From a virus, in IMG/VR virus record IMGVR_UViG_3300007512_001547, positions 32,001 through 96,000 of that record: a stretch of 64,000 nucleotides of DNA; one strand, 5' to 3'. The notes beneath the pieces are model-generated. The model was not told where the DNA came from and did no database searches. It saw nothing but the letters and a program-made list of their open reading frames with translations. The stretch's first letter is position 1. Each line of letters opens with the position of its first letter. Both the position numbers and the translations under genes were made by a program. Of the stretch, positions 9,168-19,328 are shown piece by piece.

Positions 9168-9182
9168 GTATTTAATAAATAC
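9168..9182. promoter_or_regulatory. Back-to-back divergent late promoters
   Basis: Perfect inverted repeat GTATTTA-A-TAAATAC, giving TAAATA on both strands. Confidence 0.7.
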
Positions 9183-9195
9183 GTATTATAATAAT

Positions 9196-10605
9196 ATGGC
9201 ACGATTAATAATAGACACTGGAACAGAAGGAAACACGGCAACAGGCGATACTTTACGTGGCGCTATGGCGAAGATCAACGCGAATTTCGTAGAGGTCTAC
9301 GATGATTTAGCCGGATCTAGTTTGGGTGGATTATTCACAAACAACCAAACCAATGGTGATGTAAAAATACAAGCCAATGGAACGGGTATAGTCGAAATAG
9401 ATCAATTACAAATTACAGATGATGCAATAACTTCGCTTGTTACAAACGGTGATGTGACACTAGCAGGTAACGGCACAGGTGTGGTACACGTGAACGATAC
9501 ATTAACAGTTGGTGTTAACAATACCAATGCAACCATAACAACTCTTGGAACTGGTGATTTAACATTAAGCACAAACAGTGGCACAAATTCAGGTACAATA
9601 AAAATAGCTGATGGTGCAGGTGGAAACATCACAGTTGAGCCTAATGGCTCAGGTGACATTTTATTAAAGGCAGGTGGTCAAGTTGGTATAGGAGATGTTA
9701 GTTCACCTGACACTTCATTACATATTAAACAATCCACTGCAACCATAACACTCCAGAGAACAAGTGATGCAAACACACCAGGTATTGATTTCCAAAGTGC
9801 CGGCGGTGACGTCAGAGCCAAGATGTACATGGATGGTACTAATGGAACAAACAAAGAAATTATTTTTAAAGTAAGAGATAATTCAAGTACGGACGAAAGA
9901 TTTAGAGTTACATGGACCGGGGCCAGTGTAACAGGAACTTTTAACATTATGAGTGATAGTGATTCTTCTTTAAGTGATGCTACCATCAGCATGACTGAGA
10001 ACAAAATTACAACATTAAGATCTAACGATAATCTAGAATTATCTGCGAATGGTACAGGCAAGGTCTATACAGACAGTAATTTACATTTACATTCTGCTAC
10101 ACCGCTTATTCAATTTCAAAGAACAGACAACGCAAACGTGCCTGGAATAAGTTTTTTAGGTGATGGTGGAACAGAAGGGGCCAGTATTAAATTTGATGGA
10201 ACTGATGGTACAACAAACGAAATAATTTTAAGTTCTTTTTATTCTAGTGCTGTAACAGAAAGACTTAGAGTTACAACAACAGGAGCCAAAGTTTCAGGCA
10301 CTTTGGACGTAGACGGTGCCATCACGATAACAGATAACAAAATTAGTGCTTCAAGAAGTAATGACGATTTAAATTTAGCGGCGTCAGGAACTGGTAATAT
10401 TGTTGTTGGTGCAATTACAATAAACGGTACAACTATAAGTTCAGCAGATTCAACAAAAATATCAATTGCAGAAGCAGTAGATATAAATGGTAATTTAGTT
10501 GCAACAGGATCACAAATAGATTTTACTAATCTTCCAACATCGGATCCAAGTGTTGCAGGAAGACTTTGGAGAAGTGGAACAGATCTAAAAATTAGTATAG
10601 GATAA
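9196..10605 (+). CDS. Baseplate/fibre protein with T4 gp9/gp10-like N-terminus, paralog 1
   Basis: IDTGTEGNTATGDTLRGAMAKINANFVEVY; repeated LxAxGTG units; internal duplication (LQRT.DAN.PGI.F ... ER.RVT.TGA). Confidence 0.75.
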   Translation: MARLIIDTGTEGNTATGDTLRGAMAKINANFVEVYDDLAGSSLGGLFTNNQTNGDVKIQANGTGIVEIDQLQITDDAITSLVTNGDVTLAGNGTGVVHVNDTLTVGVNNTNATITTLGTGDLTLSTNSGTNSGTIKIADGAGGNITVEPNGSGDILLKAGGQVGIGDVSSPDTSLHIKQSTATITLQRTSDANTPGIDFQSAGGDVRAKMYMDGTNGTNKEIIFKVRDNSSTDERFRVTWTGASVTGTFNIMSDSDSSLSDATISMTENKITTLRSNDNLELSANGTGKVYTDSNLHLHSATPLIQFQRTDNANVPGISFLGDGGTEGASIKFDGTDGTTNEIILSSFYSSAVTERLRVTTTGAKVSGTLDVDGAITITDNKISASRSNDDLNLAASGTGNIVVGAITINGTTISSADSTKISIAEAVDINGNLVATGSQIDFTNLPTSDPSVAGRLWRSGTDLKISIG

Positions 10606-10611
10606 TAAACA

Positions 10612-11610
10612 ATGGCACAGACAACAATTAATGTAGGTAGTAACGCAAATGACGGAACAGGTGATGATTTAAGATCAGCATTTATTTCTGTAAATGCTAA
10701 CTTCACAGAATTATATGCGGCATCTCCTGCAACTTCTTCAATATCACTTGCAGGAAATACAATTTCTACAAATGCCTCAAATGCAAATTTAAAATTATTA
10801 GCATCTGGTACAGGTGTTATAGAATTAGAAGGAATTCAAATTAGAGATAACCACATTGAAGGTACAAGATCAAATGAAGATTTAATTGTATCTGCATCAG
10901 GTACAGGAAACATTATTGTAGGTGCAATTAGAATTAATGGTACAACTTTAAGTGCAGATGATTCTAGTTCAATTAAAATTAATGAAACATTACAAGTCAA
11001 TACAATTTCTTCTGATGATTCTAGTGCTGTAACAGTCTCAGACAATTTAAATATATCTGGAACTTTAAGTGTAAACACAATTGATACCAATTCAATTTCA
11101 TCTTCAGACTCAACTGCAATACAAATTAATGATGCATTAAACGTTTCTGGAACTTTAAGTGCAAACATACTTGACACAAACGTAATATCGTCTACAGATT
11201 CTAGTGCTGTAACAATATCAGACAACTTGCAAGTCAATGGAACACTAACAGCAACATCAATTACTGGATTAACCGTATTAAACAATTCTTCACAATCAGA
11301 TGGCACAGTAACACACGCAGGTTCATCTGGACAACAACCATTAGACAGTTTTGTTCATGCAACTTACAGAAGTGCAAAATATCAAGTTAGTATTACAGAT
11401 GCGGCAGAGAGTAGATATGCACTTGACGAAATCTACGTAACTCATAACGGTACAACTGCTTTCATATCAACAACAGGTGTAAGTTCAACTGGAGCATCAT
11501 TAGCAACTTACTCAGCAGATATTAGTGGTAACAACTGTAGAATTTTAATAGTTCCTGTATCTAATAATTCAGTTACATATAAGTTTGTTAAAACGTTAAT
11601 CAAAGTATAA
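10612..11610 (+). CDS. Baseplate/fibre protein with gp9/gp10-like N-terminus, paralog 2
   Basis: INVGSNANDGTGDDLRSAFISVNANFTELY; several SSxDSSAVTISDNLxVxGTL repeats; C-terminal YRSAKY domain. Confidence 0.75.
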   Translation: MAQTTINVGSNANDGTGDDLRSAFISVNANFTELYAASPATSSISLAGNTISTNASNANLKLLASGTGVIELEGIQIRDNHIEGTRSNEDLIVSASGTGNIIVGAIRINGTTLSADDSSSIKINETLQVNTISSDDSSAVTVSDNLNISGTLSVNTIDTNSISSSDSTAIQINDALNVSGTLSANILDTNVISSTDSSAVTISDNLQVNGTLTATSITGLTVLNNSSQSDGTVTHAGSSGQQPLDSFVHATYRSAKYQVSITDAAESRYALDEIYVTHNGTTAFISTTGVSSTGASLATYSADISGNNCRILIVPVSNNSVTYKFVKTLIKV

Positions 11611-11666
11611 AATTACATTCGGTTTATAAAATTTCTAATAAATAATCATATTAGGAGATTTAAAAC

Positions 11667-13529
11667 ATGGCACAACAAACAGTTAGCATAGGTTCATCAG
11701 CAAATGACGGTACAGGTGATCCATTAAGAACAGCATTTACAAAGATAAATGCAAATTTTACAGAATTATACGGCGATACTGCCGAAGCAAATGATATACT
11801 AGATGATACATCACCCCAATTAGGTGGTAATCTAGATATAAACGGATTTAATATTACATCAGCAAGATCAAACGAAAATATTAGAATTATTCCTAACGGA
11901 ACAGGTACAGTTGAGCTTGAAGGAACAACTAATGTTACAGGAAGTTTAACAGCAACAGGAAATATTTTTGCAAATGGAAACATTAACCTTGGTGATGGTG
12001 CAGGTGACCAAACAAAAGTAACTGGTGTATTTGAAGCAGACCAATTACAAATTGATGGTACAACATTAACAAGCACAGTTACAAACGGTGACGTAACTAT
12101 AACTGGAAATGCAACAGGTGGTGTCATTATTGAAAATTTAACTTTTAATGATAACACAATAACCTCACCTTCAAACAGTCATATATCAATTCAACCAGGT
12201 GGAACAGGTAATGTTGTAGTAGGTGCAGTAACAGTTAGTGGTACAACTTTAAGTGCGGCAGATTCATCTCAAATTACAATAGCAGAAGCATTACAAGTTA
12301 ACGGTGCGGCAACTTTAGGAACAAGTGTAACATTGGCAACAGGTGCAACTGTAACAGGTATCTTAGATGAAGATGCTATGGGAACAAATTCAGCAACACA
12401 ACTTGCTACACAACAATCAATAAAAGCATATGCAGATACAAAAGCAGTATTAACAGGTTCAACTAATAATACTATTACAACAGTAACAGGTGCTCATGCA
12501 TTCCAAGGTGAAGCAAACTTAACTTTTGATGGTAGTACACTAGCCGTAACAGGAGCAGGAACATTTAGTACTACTTTAGGAATAACTGGAACACTAACAA
12601 CAGCAGATATTACTACAACTGGAACACACACAGTTACAGGACAATCAGATATTGACTATGTAAGAATTAAAGATCATGCAATTACAACAAATGCCTCAAA
12701 TGCTAACTTAGACCTTTCAGCAAATAGTACAGGTGTTGTTAATGTTGCATCAGCAATGACAACTATTGGACAAACTATTACAGGTGACGTTGTTGTTACA
12801 GGTAGAATGGATGTTGACAACGTTGCAATAAACGGAAACGGTATTATAGCAACAAATTCAAATGGTGCGTTAAACATAAATCCTAATGGTACAGGTATAA
12901 TCACACTGGGTGGATCTTATGTTCATGTACCTGAACAAATATTATGTGGAGAACTATGGTGCGATTATGGTATAGAAATGGGCACAGGAGCCACTATTGC
13001 ACAACGATCAACTAACGAAAATTTAGTATTTGAAACTAACGGTACTGGAGTAGTAACTACTGCTTCACAATTAACATTGACTGGATCTTTTAAACCAGCA
13101 ATACATACTTTCACGGCAACTGATGCAATTACAGAAACAGAACACGCAGGTAGAACATTATTACTTGGTGAAGTAGGTGGTAATGCACTAGTTACATTAA
13201 CACTACCAGACGCAACAGGTTCAGGTGCAACATACAAATTCATAGTAACAGTTGTGAACACATCAACCTATGTAATCAAAGCACCAGATGCCAATAACAC
13301 TATTGACGGTATCATGATGTACCTAGATGAAGACGCAACGGCAGTTACAGCATTTCCAACAGTAGCGGCTACTGATACTATCACCATTAATGGTGGTACA
13401 ACAGGTGGTCAAATAGGTGACTATCTTGAACTAGTTGATATAGCAACTGACCAATGGCACGTTAGAGGAACTATGAGATGCCTTACAGGTGTTAATCCAG
13501 CAACTTGCTTTAGTGCTACTGTATCTTAA
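11667..13529 (+). CDS. Tail fibre/baseplate protein with gp9/gp10-like N-terminus, paralog 3
   Basis: IGSSANDGTGDPLRTAFTKINANFTELY; Thr/Gly-rich repeats; TAAATA 11639-11644 plus AGGAG RBS. Confidence 0.75.
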   Translation: MAQQTVSIGSSANDGTGDPLRTAFTKINANFTELYGDTAEANDILDDTSPQLGGNLDINGFNITSARSNENIRIIPNGTGTVELEGTTNVTGSLTATGNIFANGNINLGDGAGDQTKVTGVFEADQLQIDGTTLTSTVTNGDVTITGNATGGVIIENLTFNDNTITSPSNSHISIQPGGTGNVVVGAVTVSGTTLSAADSSQITIAEALQVNGAATLGTSVTLATGATVTGILDEDAMGTNSATQLATQQSIKAYADTKAVLTGSTNNTITTVTGAHAFQGEANLTFDGSTLAVTGAGTFSTTLGITGTLTTADITTTGTHTVTGQSDIDYVRIKDHAITTNASNANLDLSANSTGVVNVASAMTTIGQTITGDVVVTGRMDVDNVAINGNGIIATNSNGALNINPNGTGIITLGGSYVHVPEQILCGELWCDYGIEMGTGATIAQRSTNENLVFETNGTGVVTTASQLTLTGSFKPAIHTFTATDAITETEHAGRTLLLGEVGGNALVTLTLPDATGSGATYKFIVTVVNTSTYVIKAPDANNTIDGIMMYLDEDATAVTAFPTVAATDTITINGGTTGGQIGDYLELVDIATDQWHVRGTMRCLTGVNPATCFSATVS

Positions 13530-13573
13530 TAGTATCTAAAACTCAATAAATACTGGTGAAGGAGTAAGTTCTA

Positions 13574-16075
13574 ATGTCGACACCAGTGTGGTCAACCACA
13601 GCAGGTAAACTTGCATCAATTGATGAGCAAGTGTCATATTCGCTACAATTAGAAGCGAATACAGCCGATTCTACGGCTATCACTTACTCCGTAATTGCAG
13701 GGAGCCTACCTTCAGGAATGGAACTTACTTCAGCAGGCTTACTTACAGGGATTCCAGCTGAGGTTTCGAAAAGAACTAGATACACCTTCGTTGTACGTGC
13801 CACAGCTGGAACAACAATTACAGATAGAAATTTTTATTTAGATATAGAAGGTGCAGACGCACCAACATTTACAACTGCATCAGGACAACTCCAGTTAGAT
13901 GACTCTTCAAGAGTTGGTTTATATTGGATATTGGATGGATCATCGTTATCATTCCAAATAGCGGCAAGTGATACAGATACAAGAGCAGGACAATCGTTAG
14001 TTTATGAAATTGTACAAGGTGCATTACCACCAGGTATTACTATGTCAGCAACAGGATTAATATCTGGAATAGTACAACTTACAGAAGATGAACGATATGG
14101 ACCACAAGGTGGATATGCAGAAGATTATGATGATTATGTTTACGATAGAACAGTATTTTCAAAATCTAGATCAATAAATTATGATTTTATAGTAAGAGTT
14201 TCAGATAGTACAAGTTATGTAGATCAAAATAATTCAATATTTGTTTATACAGCAGATTATTGGAGAGTATCAAATTCAGAAATTACAGTAGACATGAATG
14301 AAATAGGGGGTTCAGCATTAACAGTTGATTTTAGTGCTAATAGAAGACCAATTTTCAAAACAGCATCAGCCCTTGGAACATTTAGACATGACAACGCCTG
14401 TGTAATTAAAATTGACGTTGAAGATTTTGATCCATTACAAGCAGATTTAGAATATTCAATCGTATCAGGTGCTATGCCTTCAGGTTTATCAATTAATATT
14501 AGCTCTGGAGAAATATATGGAACATTGGCAAGACAGACCGCTATTGAAACAAGTTATACATTTACAATAAGAGCGAACAGAGTTGTATCAACTGGAATAA
14601 ATGTGTTCACTGATCAAATATTTACAATGAAAGTAATTGGTGAAATTGATATTGGAATTACATTTACAACTCCAGCAACCATTGGTACATTGACGGCAGA
14701 TATTCCAAGTATATTATCATTTTCAGCAGTAGCAGAAGAAACAAATAGAGTTTTAACTTATAGTTTAACATCTGGATCGTTGCCAACAGGTATAACATTA
14801 TCTCCACAAGGAAATTTAATAGGAACAATTGATCCAAGTGACTTTACTGATTCAACTCGAGCATATACATTTACAGTTACGGTTAGTGACCAATATCAGT
14901 CATTAGCAACATCAAAAGAATTTACATTAAACATTGACATACCATATACTACTATTGAATATGGTAATATGACCGGACATTCAACATCTTTTATTGATCA
15001 AAATATATTTTATAATATTGCACAAGATCCAAATATTAATTCTCCTGAATATATTTACAGACCAGAGGATAATAATTTTGGAATGAAACTAAATCCTGAA
15101 ATGTTAATGATGGCAGGATTACAAGCACAAACACTTACAGCATTCCAACAACAAATGGAACAAAATCATGCTCCAAAAACTTTATATTTTGGAGAATTAA
15201 AAACAGCAGTTGCAAAAGAAAACAATATTATAAAATATGAAGTTGTTTATCTTGAAATGACAGACAAACTTGTTAATAATGATGGTACAGCAATTAGTTC
15301 ATCGGTTTCATTAAGAACAGATGTTGCAAAACCTATGTTAGGTCCAAGAGCAGGAACAGTTAATTTAACTACTGATATGGATGACTTCAATATTACAACC
15401 TCTGGCGGATTATCATTTAGCACGTCTGGCTCTAAAGTTCCATATGCTGGTCAAATTTCAGCAGATTTAGATTATATGGCAACACTTTATCCAAATGCAG
15501 TTGCAAATATGAGAAGTAGAATGAAAACTTTAGGACATAAAGAATGGGACCATTTGCCTTTATGGATGAAAACAACACAATCAGGTGACCTAGCACCATT
15601 GGGGTTTGTATTAGCAGTACCTATATGTTATTGCAAGGCAGGTACATCTGCTTTGTTAAAGAAAAGAATAAAAGATAAAGGATTAATTTTTAGAAATATT
15701 GACTTTATTGTAGATAGATATCAAGTTAGTAAAAGCAAAGTTACACCTGCTAAATTCACAGCAGATGGCTCAACTACTACATTCCAATTAGATGAGATTG
15801 TACATGAAGAAGATATTTTGGTTAAAGAAGGTAGTGATATTGTTTATGCTGGAGACGGAGTAACAGCAGACAATAACCAAAAGCCAACAGATTTAACTGC
15901 TGATGGTGAATTAAGATCTGCAGACCATGAATATGGCATTGAACTTACTCATAATACTTCAACTAGTAAAACTACAATTACTTTTACCAAAGAAGTACCG
16001 TCAGACGGCACTATTATTACAGTCGAAAGAGCTAACGATAAATATCTTAAATTTAGAAGCAAAGGAATATTTTAA
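13574..16075 (+). CDS. Baseplate wedge-like structural protein with Ig/cadherin-like repeats
   Basis: Repeated YS..SGSLP.G..LS..G.I.G units; TAAATA 13547-13552; follows the fibre genes. Confidence 0.65.
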   Translation: MSTPVWSTTAGKLASIDEQVSYSLQLEANTADSTAITYSVIAGSLPSGMELTSAGLLTGIPAEVSKRTRYTFVVRATAGTTITDRNFYLDIEGADAPTFTTASGQLQLDDSSRVGLYWILDGSSLSFQIAASDTDTRAGQSLVYEIVQGALPPGITMSATGLISGIVQLTEDERYGPQGGYAEDYDDYVYDRTVFSKSRSINYDFIVRVSDSTSYVDQNNSIFVYTADYWRVSNSEITVDMNEIGGSALTVDFSANRRPIFKTASALGTFRHDNACVIKIDVEDFDPLQADLEYSIVSGAMPSGLSINISSGEIYGTLARQTAIETSYTFTIRANRVVSTGINVFTDQIFTMKVIGEIDIGITFTTPATIGTLTADIPSILSFSAVAEETNRVLTYSLTSGSLPTGITLSPQGNLIGTIDPSDFTDSTRAYTFTVTVSDQYQSLATSKEFTLNIDIPYTTIEYGNMTGHSTSFIDQNIFYNIAQDPNINSPEYIYRPEDNNFGMKLNPEMLMMAGLQAQTLTAFQQQMEQNHAPKTLYFGELKTAVAKENNIIKYEVVYLEMTDKLVNNDGTAISSSVSLRTDVAKPMLGPRAGTVNLTTDMDDFNITTSGGLSFSTSGSKVPYAGQISADLDYMATLYPNAVANMRSRMKTLGHKEWDHLPLWMKTTQSGDLAPLGFVLAVPICYCKAGTSALLKKRIKDKGLIFRNIDFIVDRYQVSKSKVTPAKFTADGSTTTFQLDEIVHEEDILVKEGSDIVYAGDGVTADNNQKPTDLTADGELRSADHEYGIELTHNTSTSKTTITFTKEVPSDGTIITVERANDKYLKFRSKGIF

Positions 16076-16638
16076 TGGCAAGTAACATAGTACCAGGTAA
16101 CGTAGACGGCACTTATCCTAAAGCAGGACAGGATAACAGTTCACAAGGATTTAGAGATAATTTTAGTGCAATTAAAAACAATTTTACTGAAGCAGTAACA
16201 GAAATAGAAGCATTACAAACAAACAAAGCAAACTTAAACGCTTCAAGTGATTTTGCTGATAATGAAGTTATTAGAGCAAAATTTAAAGATACATCAGAAA
16301 CAGTATACGCACATGGTACAACTGGTGGTGCAATTACATTAAATCACCAAAATGGACATTACCAAACTATAACGTCTAATGCATCTATAACATTATCATT
16401 TACCAATTGGCCTGCTACAGCAACACTGGGTAGAATTGTATTAGATATTACGTTTGCATCTACAGCACACACGATTACAATTCCAACTGCTGTATTAGTA
16501 TCTGGTTTAGTATTAGGTGGAGATGGCTCTTCTAATACAATAACTTGTCCAACATCTGGAAGATATGTTTACGAGTTTACAACTCCAGATGCAGGTACAA
16601 CAATTTTAATGAACCAATTGGGTAACAACTACATCTAA
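16075..16638 (+). CDS. Virion structural protein (baseplate/tail)
   Basis: YPKAGQDNSSQGFRDNF...EIEALQ N-terminus; located in the structural block. Confidence 0.55.
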   Translation: MASNIVPGNVDGTYPKAGQDNSSQGFRDNFSAIKNNFTEAVTEIEALQTNKANLNASSDFADNEVIRAKFKDTSETVYAHGTTGGAITLNHQNGHYQTITSNASITLSFTNWPATATLGRIVLDITFASTAHTITIPTAVLVSGLVLGGDGSSNTITCPTSGRYVYEFTTPDAGTTILMNQLGNNYI

Positions 16639-16650
16639 TAGGAGGTAGTA

Positions 16651-16902
16651 ATGTATTTTCATCCATTACAAGAAGAAATCGGAAATTTATCTGAAGAAGA
16701 TATCTCCAAAAGAATAAAAGAGCTTTCTAGAAAAGTTGCTATTGCTAGACGAGGCAGAAATCCAGACATGTTACAAAAACTACAACATGCACTTGGAACT
16801 TATCAAGATGCTATTAGACAAAGAAGAGTTGAACAATGGCACAAAGACTTTAAAAAAGCAAGAGGCGAACCAGATTTAGGTGATTTAATCAACATTGAAT
16901 AG
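16651..16902 (+). CDS. Conserved hypothetical protein
   Basis: MYFHPL start; GGAGG RBS. Confidence 0.6.
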   Translation: MYFHPLQEEIGNLSEEDISKRIKELSRKVAIARRGRNPDMLQKLQHALGTYQDAIRQRRVEQWHKDFKKARGEPDLGDLINIE

Positions 16903-16914
16903 TAAGTATGTTTA

Positions 16915-17547
16915 ATGCCAAATTCATTTAGTTGGAAAACAAAATTTAAATCAATTATAATTGTAGACGGTGAATTATTCGCAAACGAATATAGTATTAA
17001 ACTTTTCATAACACCCTACACTGCAAATTTAAAAGAACAAACAGAATATTTTGATAGATTAAAAAATCTCTTTGAAATGGTAATGGCGAATACAATTACT
17101 ACATGGAAAGATGAACCTCTTTACCATACTTTACAAAAATCATCTAACAATAGATTTATAGAATTACCAAAGCCACCATATGATCAAATAATGGCGGCGG
17201 TATGCTTCTGCAAAGCAAATGCAATTTTAGATTCTGTAATTGTAGTGAATAAATTAGAACTTTCTAGTTGGCAAGGGGATGGTATTACATATTCGGTTGA
17301 CAAAGATAGTAAAGAACTTATACTATTAGATACACCTGATTGGTTTTCAAAAAAATATGAAGGTTTTGATCCATGGTGGTTAAGGGCAGACACGGCAACA
17401 TATGATAGAGAACTTGATAAAGGCATATACACAGGACACTTTAGTTGGAATAATAAAATACCAGTTGACAAGAAGCACGAAACCCATGCTAAAATATTTG
17501 AGTTTAATCCAAAGGTTTTAGATGGTGGGAAAGATAAAAATAAATGA
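16915..17547 (+). CDS. Hypothetical protein, possibly a degenerate T-fold (QueD-like topology)
   Basis: Beta-beta-helix...P.P.DQIMA..helix-beta-beta spacing resembles QueD but the His ligands are missing; TAAGTA upstream. Confidence 0.4.
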   Translation: MPNSFSWKTKFKSIIIVDGELFANEYSIKLFITPYTANLKEQTEYFDRLKNLFEMVMANTITTWKDEPLYHTLQKSSNNRFIELPKPPYDQIMAAVCFCKANAILDSVIVVNKLELSSWQGDGITYSVDKDSKELILLDTPDWFSKKYEGFDPWWLRADTATYDRELDKGIYTGHFSWNNKIPVDKKHETHAKIFEFNPKVLDGGKDKNK

Positions 17548-18043
17548 AACAGGTGATTGTATCTTTACAGAAGAAGATGCAATAGATTCACTCTATACTA
17601 ATCCAGACTTCGATATATCAAAATTATTCTTTGAAGACACTGAACAATACAATAACAGCATAAAAAATACCGGAATTGATCTACAACAATTACAAACTGT
17701 ACCAAAACGACCTACTCCAGCAAAAGTTGATGCAACAAATATTGCTAATTGGCACATGCCACAAAAGTATTATGAATTAAATGTATTGGAATGGTTATTG
17801 AATAAGTGTCAAAACGATTTTGAGAAAAAAAGAGTAGAACAAGAATATTTGTTATTTGAAAAGAAAAACTTTATAAAAGTATTACAATTTTTAATCTACT
17901 TTGTAGATACATTACGAAAAAACAATATAGTATGGGGTGTGGGTAGAGGTAGTAGTGTGGCAAGTTTTTGTTTATTTTTAATTGGCGTACATAAGATAAA
18001 TCCATTGCAATATAACTTAAATATCGCCGAATTTTTAAGATGA
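17522..18043 (+). CDS. Stand-alone DNA polymerase III alpha (DnaE)-like fragment
   Basis: WGVGRGSSVASFCLFLIGVHKINPLQYNLNIAEFLR matches the DnaE GxGRGSxxGSLVxYxLGITxxDP motif. Confidence 0.8.
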   Translation: MVGKIKINETGDCIFTEEDAIDSLYTNPDFDISKLFFEDTEQYNNSIKNTGIDLQQLQTVPKRPTPAKVDATNIANWHMPQKYYELNVLEWLLNKCQNDFEKKRVEQEYLLFEKKNFIKVLQFLIYFVDTLRKNNIVWGVGRGSSVASFCLFLIGVHKINPLQYNLNIAEFLR

Positions 18044-18069
18044 TAAGTAAAATATAATAGGAGCATAAA

Positions 18070-18456
18070 ATGGTAGCAAGAGCACCCAGAAAAAGAATGT
18101 ATAGAACAATGCAAGGTCGTATGGTAGATATTGAAAAATTACGAACGGCAAACGAAACAGTTAGAGCCGTTGGTAATATGAATGTTAATGCTAGAGGTGA
18201 TGTATTAGGACCACATGGACAAATTGTAACATCAAAAGCAGAAGTAATGAAAACATATTACGAACAACCAAAAGGTAAGGTTGATGATACACCTGCAAGA
18301 GCAAAACCTACACCTCCAAGAAAAACACCTCCAACACCAGTACAAAAAATGACTCCAGTGGAATCAAAACCAACTGCTAAACCAGTAGAAACATTTAAAC
18401 CAAAAACTCCCACTGAGAAAAAAGGTATTGACGCCGCACTTGACGGATTAGAATAA
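18070..18456 (+). CDS. Conserved jumbo-phage hypothetical protein with Pro-rich tail
   Basis: YRTMQGRMVD...AVGNMNVNARGD; AGGAG RBS. Confidence 0.6.
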   Translation: MVARAPRKRMYRTMQGRMVDIEKLRTANETVRAVGNMNVNARGDVLGPHGQIVTSKAEVMKTYYEQPKGKVDDTPARAKPTPPRKTPPTPVQKMTPVESKPTAKPVETFKPKTPTEKKGIDAALDGLE

Positions 18457-18468
18457 ATCTTATATAAT
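18440..18468 (+). promoter_or_regulatory. Sigma70-like promoter
   Basis: TTGACG-17 nt-TATAAT; ATG 18475. Confidence 0.65.
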
Positions 18469-18474
18469 ACTTCT

Positions 18475-18918
18475 ATGTCACAAATAGAGGACTTACAAGC
18501 AAAAGGATTTGGATCGCATGGCGGTAAACAATACACCGTTGATCATGATATCACTCCACTTAAAAAAAGAGTATTAGTATCTGATATGCACTTCGGTGAA
18601 ACAAGATCTAAAGGCGGTATTATACTTGTAGATGACGATGGATCACAATCAGGTATTCATCCTAGATGGGCAAAAGTTTATGCTATTGGAAATCAACAAG
18701 AAGATGTAAAAATTGGACAATGGCTATTAGTTTCACACGGTCGTTGGTCTAGAGCATTCAAAGTTGCTAAAAACGGTATTGAATTAGAAGTAAGAATGAT
18801 TGACGAAAACGATATCTTGCTTGTATCAGACGAAGAGCCAGAACAAAATAGAAAACAAGCCGGATATGTCAACACAGGTGGACACCAACAAATGACTAAA
18901 CTTCCCGGCAATGACTAA
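18475..18918 (+). CDS. GroES-like co-chaperonin
   Basis: PLKKRVLV...SKGGIIL...AKVYAIG...VKIGQWLL...DENDIL. Confidence 0.8.
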   Translation: MSQIEDLQAKGFGSHGGKQYTVDHDITPLKKRVLVSDMHFGETRSKGGIILVDDDGSQSGIHPRWAKVYAIGNQQEDVKIGQWLLVSHGRWSRAFKVAKNGIELEVRMIDENDILLVSDEEPEQNRKQAGYVNTGGHQQMTKLPGND

Positions 18919-19297
18919 AAAAATTAAACTTAAAAGAATGTTTGTGCCTATAGACAAACTTGTCACAATGGCCGAACTAGGGTTGGGTGCAAAACGACCA
19001 CTCAACAAAGAAAAAAGAGGTTGGATAAACAAACTAAAAAAACAATCAGAGCCGTTGGATCCAATACTTGTAACACCTATAAAAGATTCTGGTTACTTTC
19101 TATTAACAGATGGATGGCATAGAGTACAGGCGGCAAAAGCAATGAAAGAAAAAGAAATCGAAGCACTACCATTACCAGCAGATATAGGATTAAGCATGGC
19201 TAAAGCAAATAAAATTTTACGAGATATCGATCGTCAATATGGATTTAAATTAGAATGCAGTGAAATTATAGGAGAATGGGCATTCTACAAAGATTGA
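18911..19297 (+). CDS. ParB/Srx N-terminal-like domain protein
   Basis: PILVTP...LLTDGWHRVQAAK motif. Confidence 0.65.
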   Translation: MTKKIKLKRMFVPIDKLVTMAELGLGAKRPLNKEKRGWINKLKKQSEPLDPILVTPIKDSGYFLLTDGWHRVQAAKAMKEKEIEALPLPADIGLSMAKANKILRDIDRQYGFKLECSEIIGEWAFYKD

Positions 19298-19322
19298 CAA
19301 TTAACAATAATTTATATATTAT
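19294..19322 (+). promoter_or_regulatory. Sigma70-like promoter
   Basis: TTGACA-17 nt-TATTAT; ATG 19329. Confidence 0.6.
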
Positions 19323-19328
19323 TACTAT

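Noticed and set aside
9196-13529. Diversity-generating retroelement acting on the fibre genes
   Set aside because: No reverse transcriptase and no template/variable repeat pair differing at adenines; the repeats are ordinary protein-level repeats.
17465-17495. Internal sigma70 promoter upstream of the DnaE fragment
   Set aside because: TTGACA to TAAAAT spacing is 19 nt and the site lies inside a CDS; it could be chance in AT-rich DNA.
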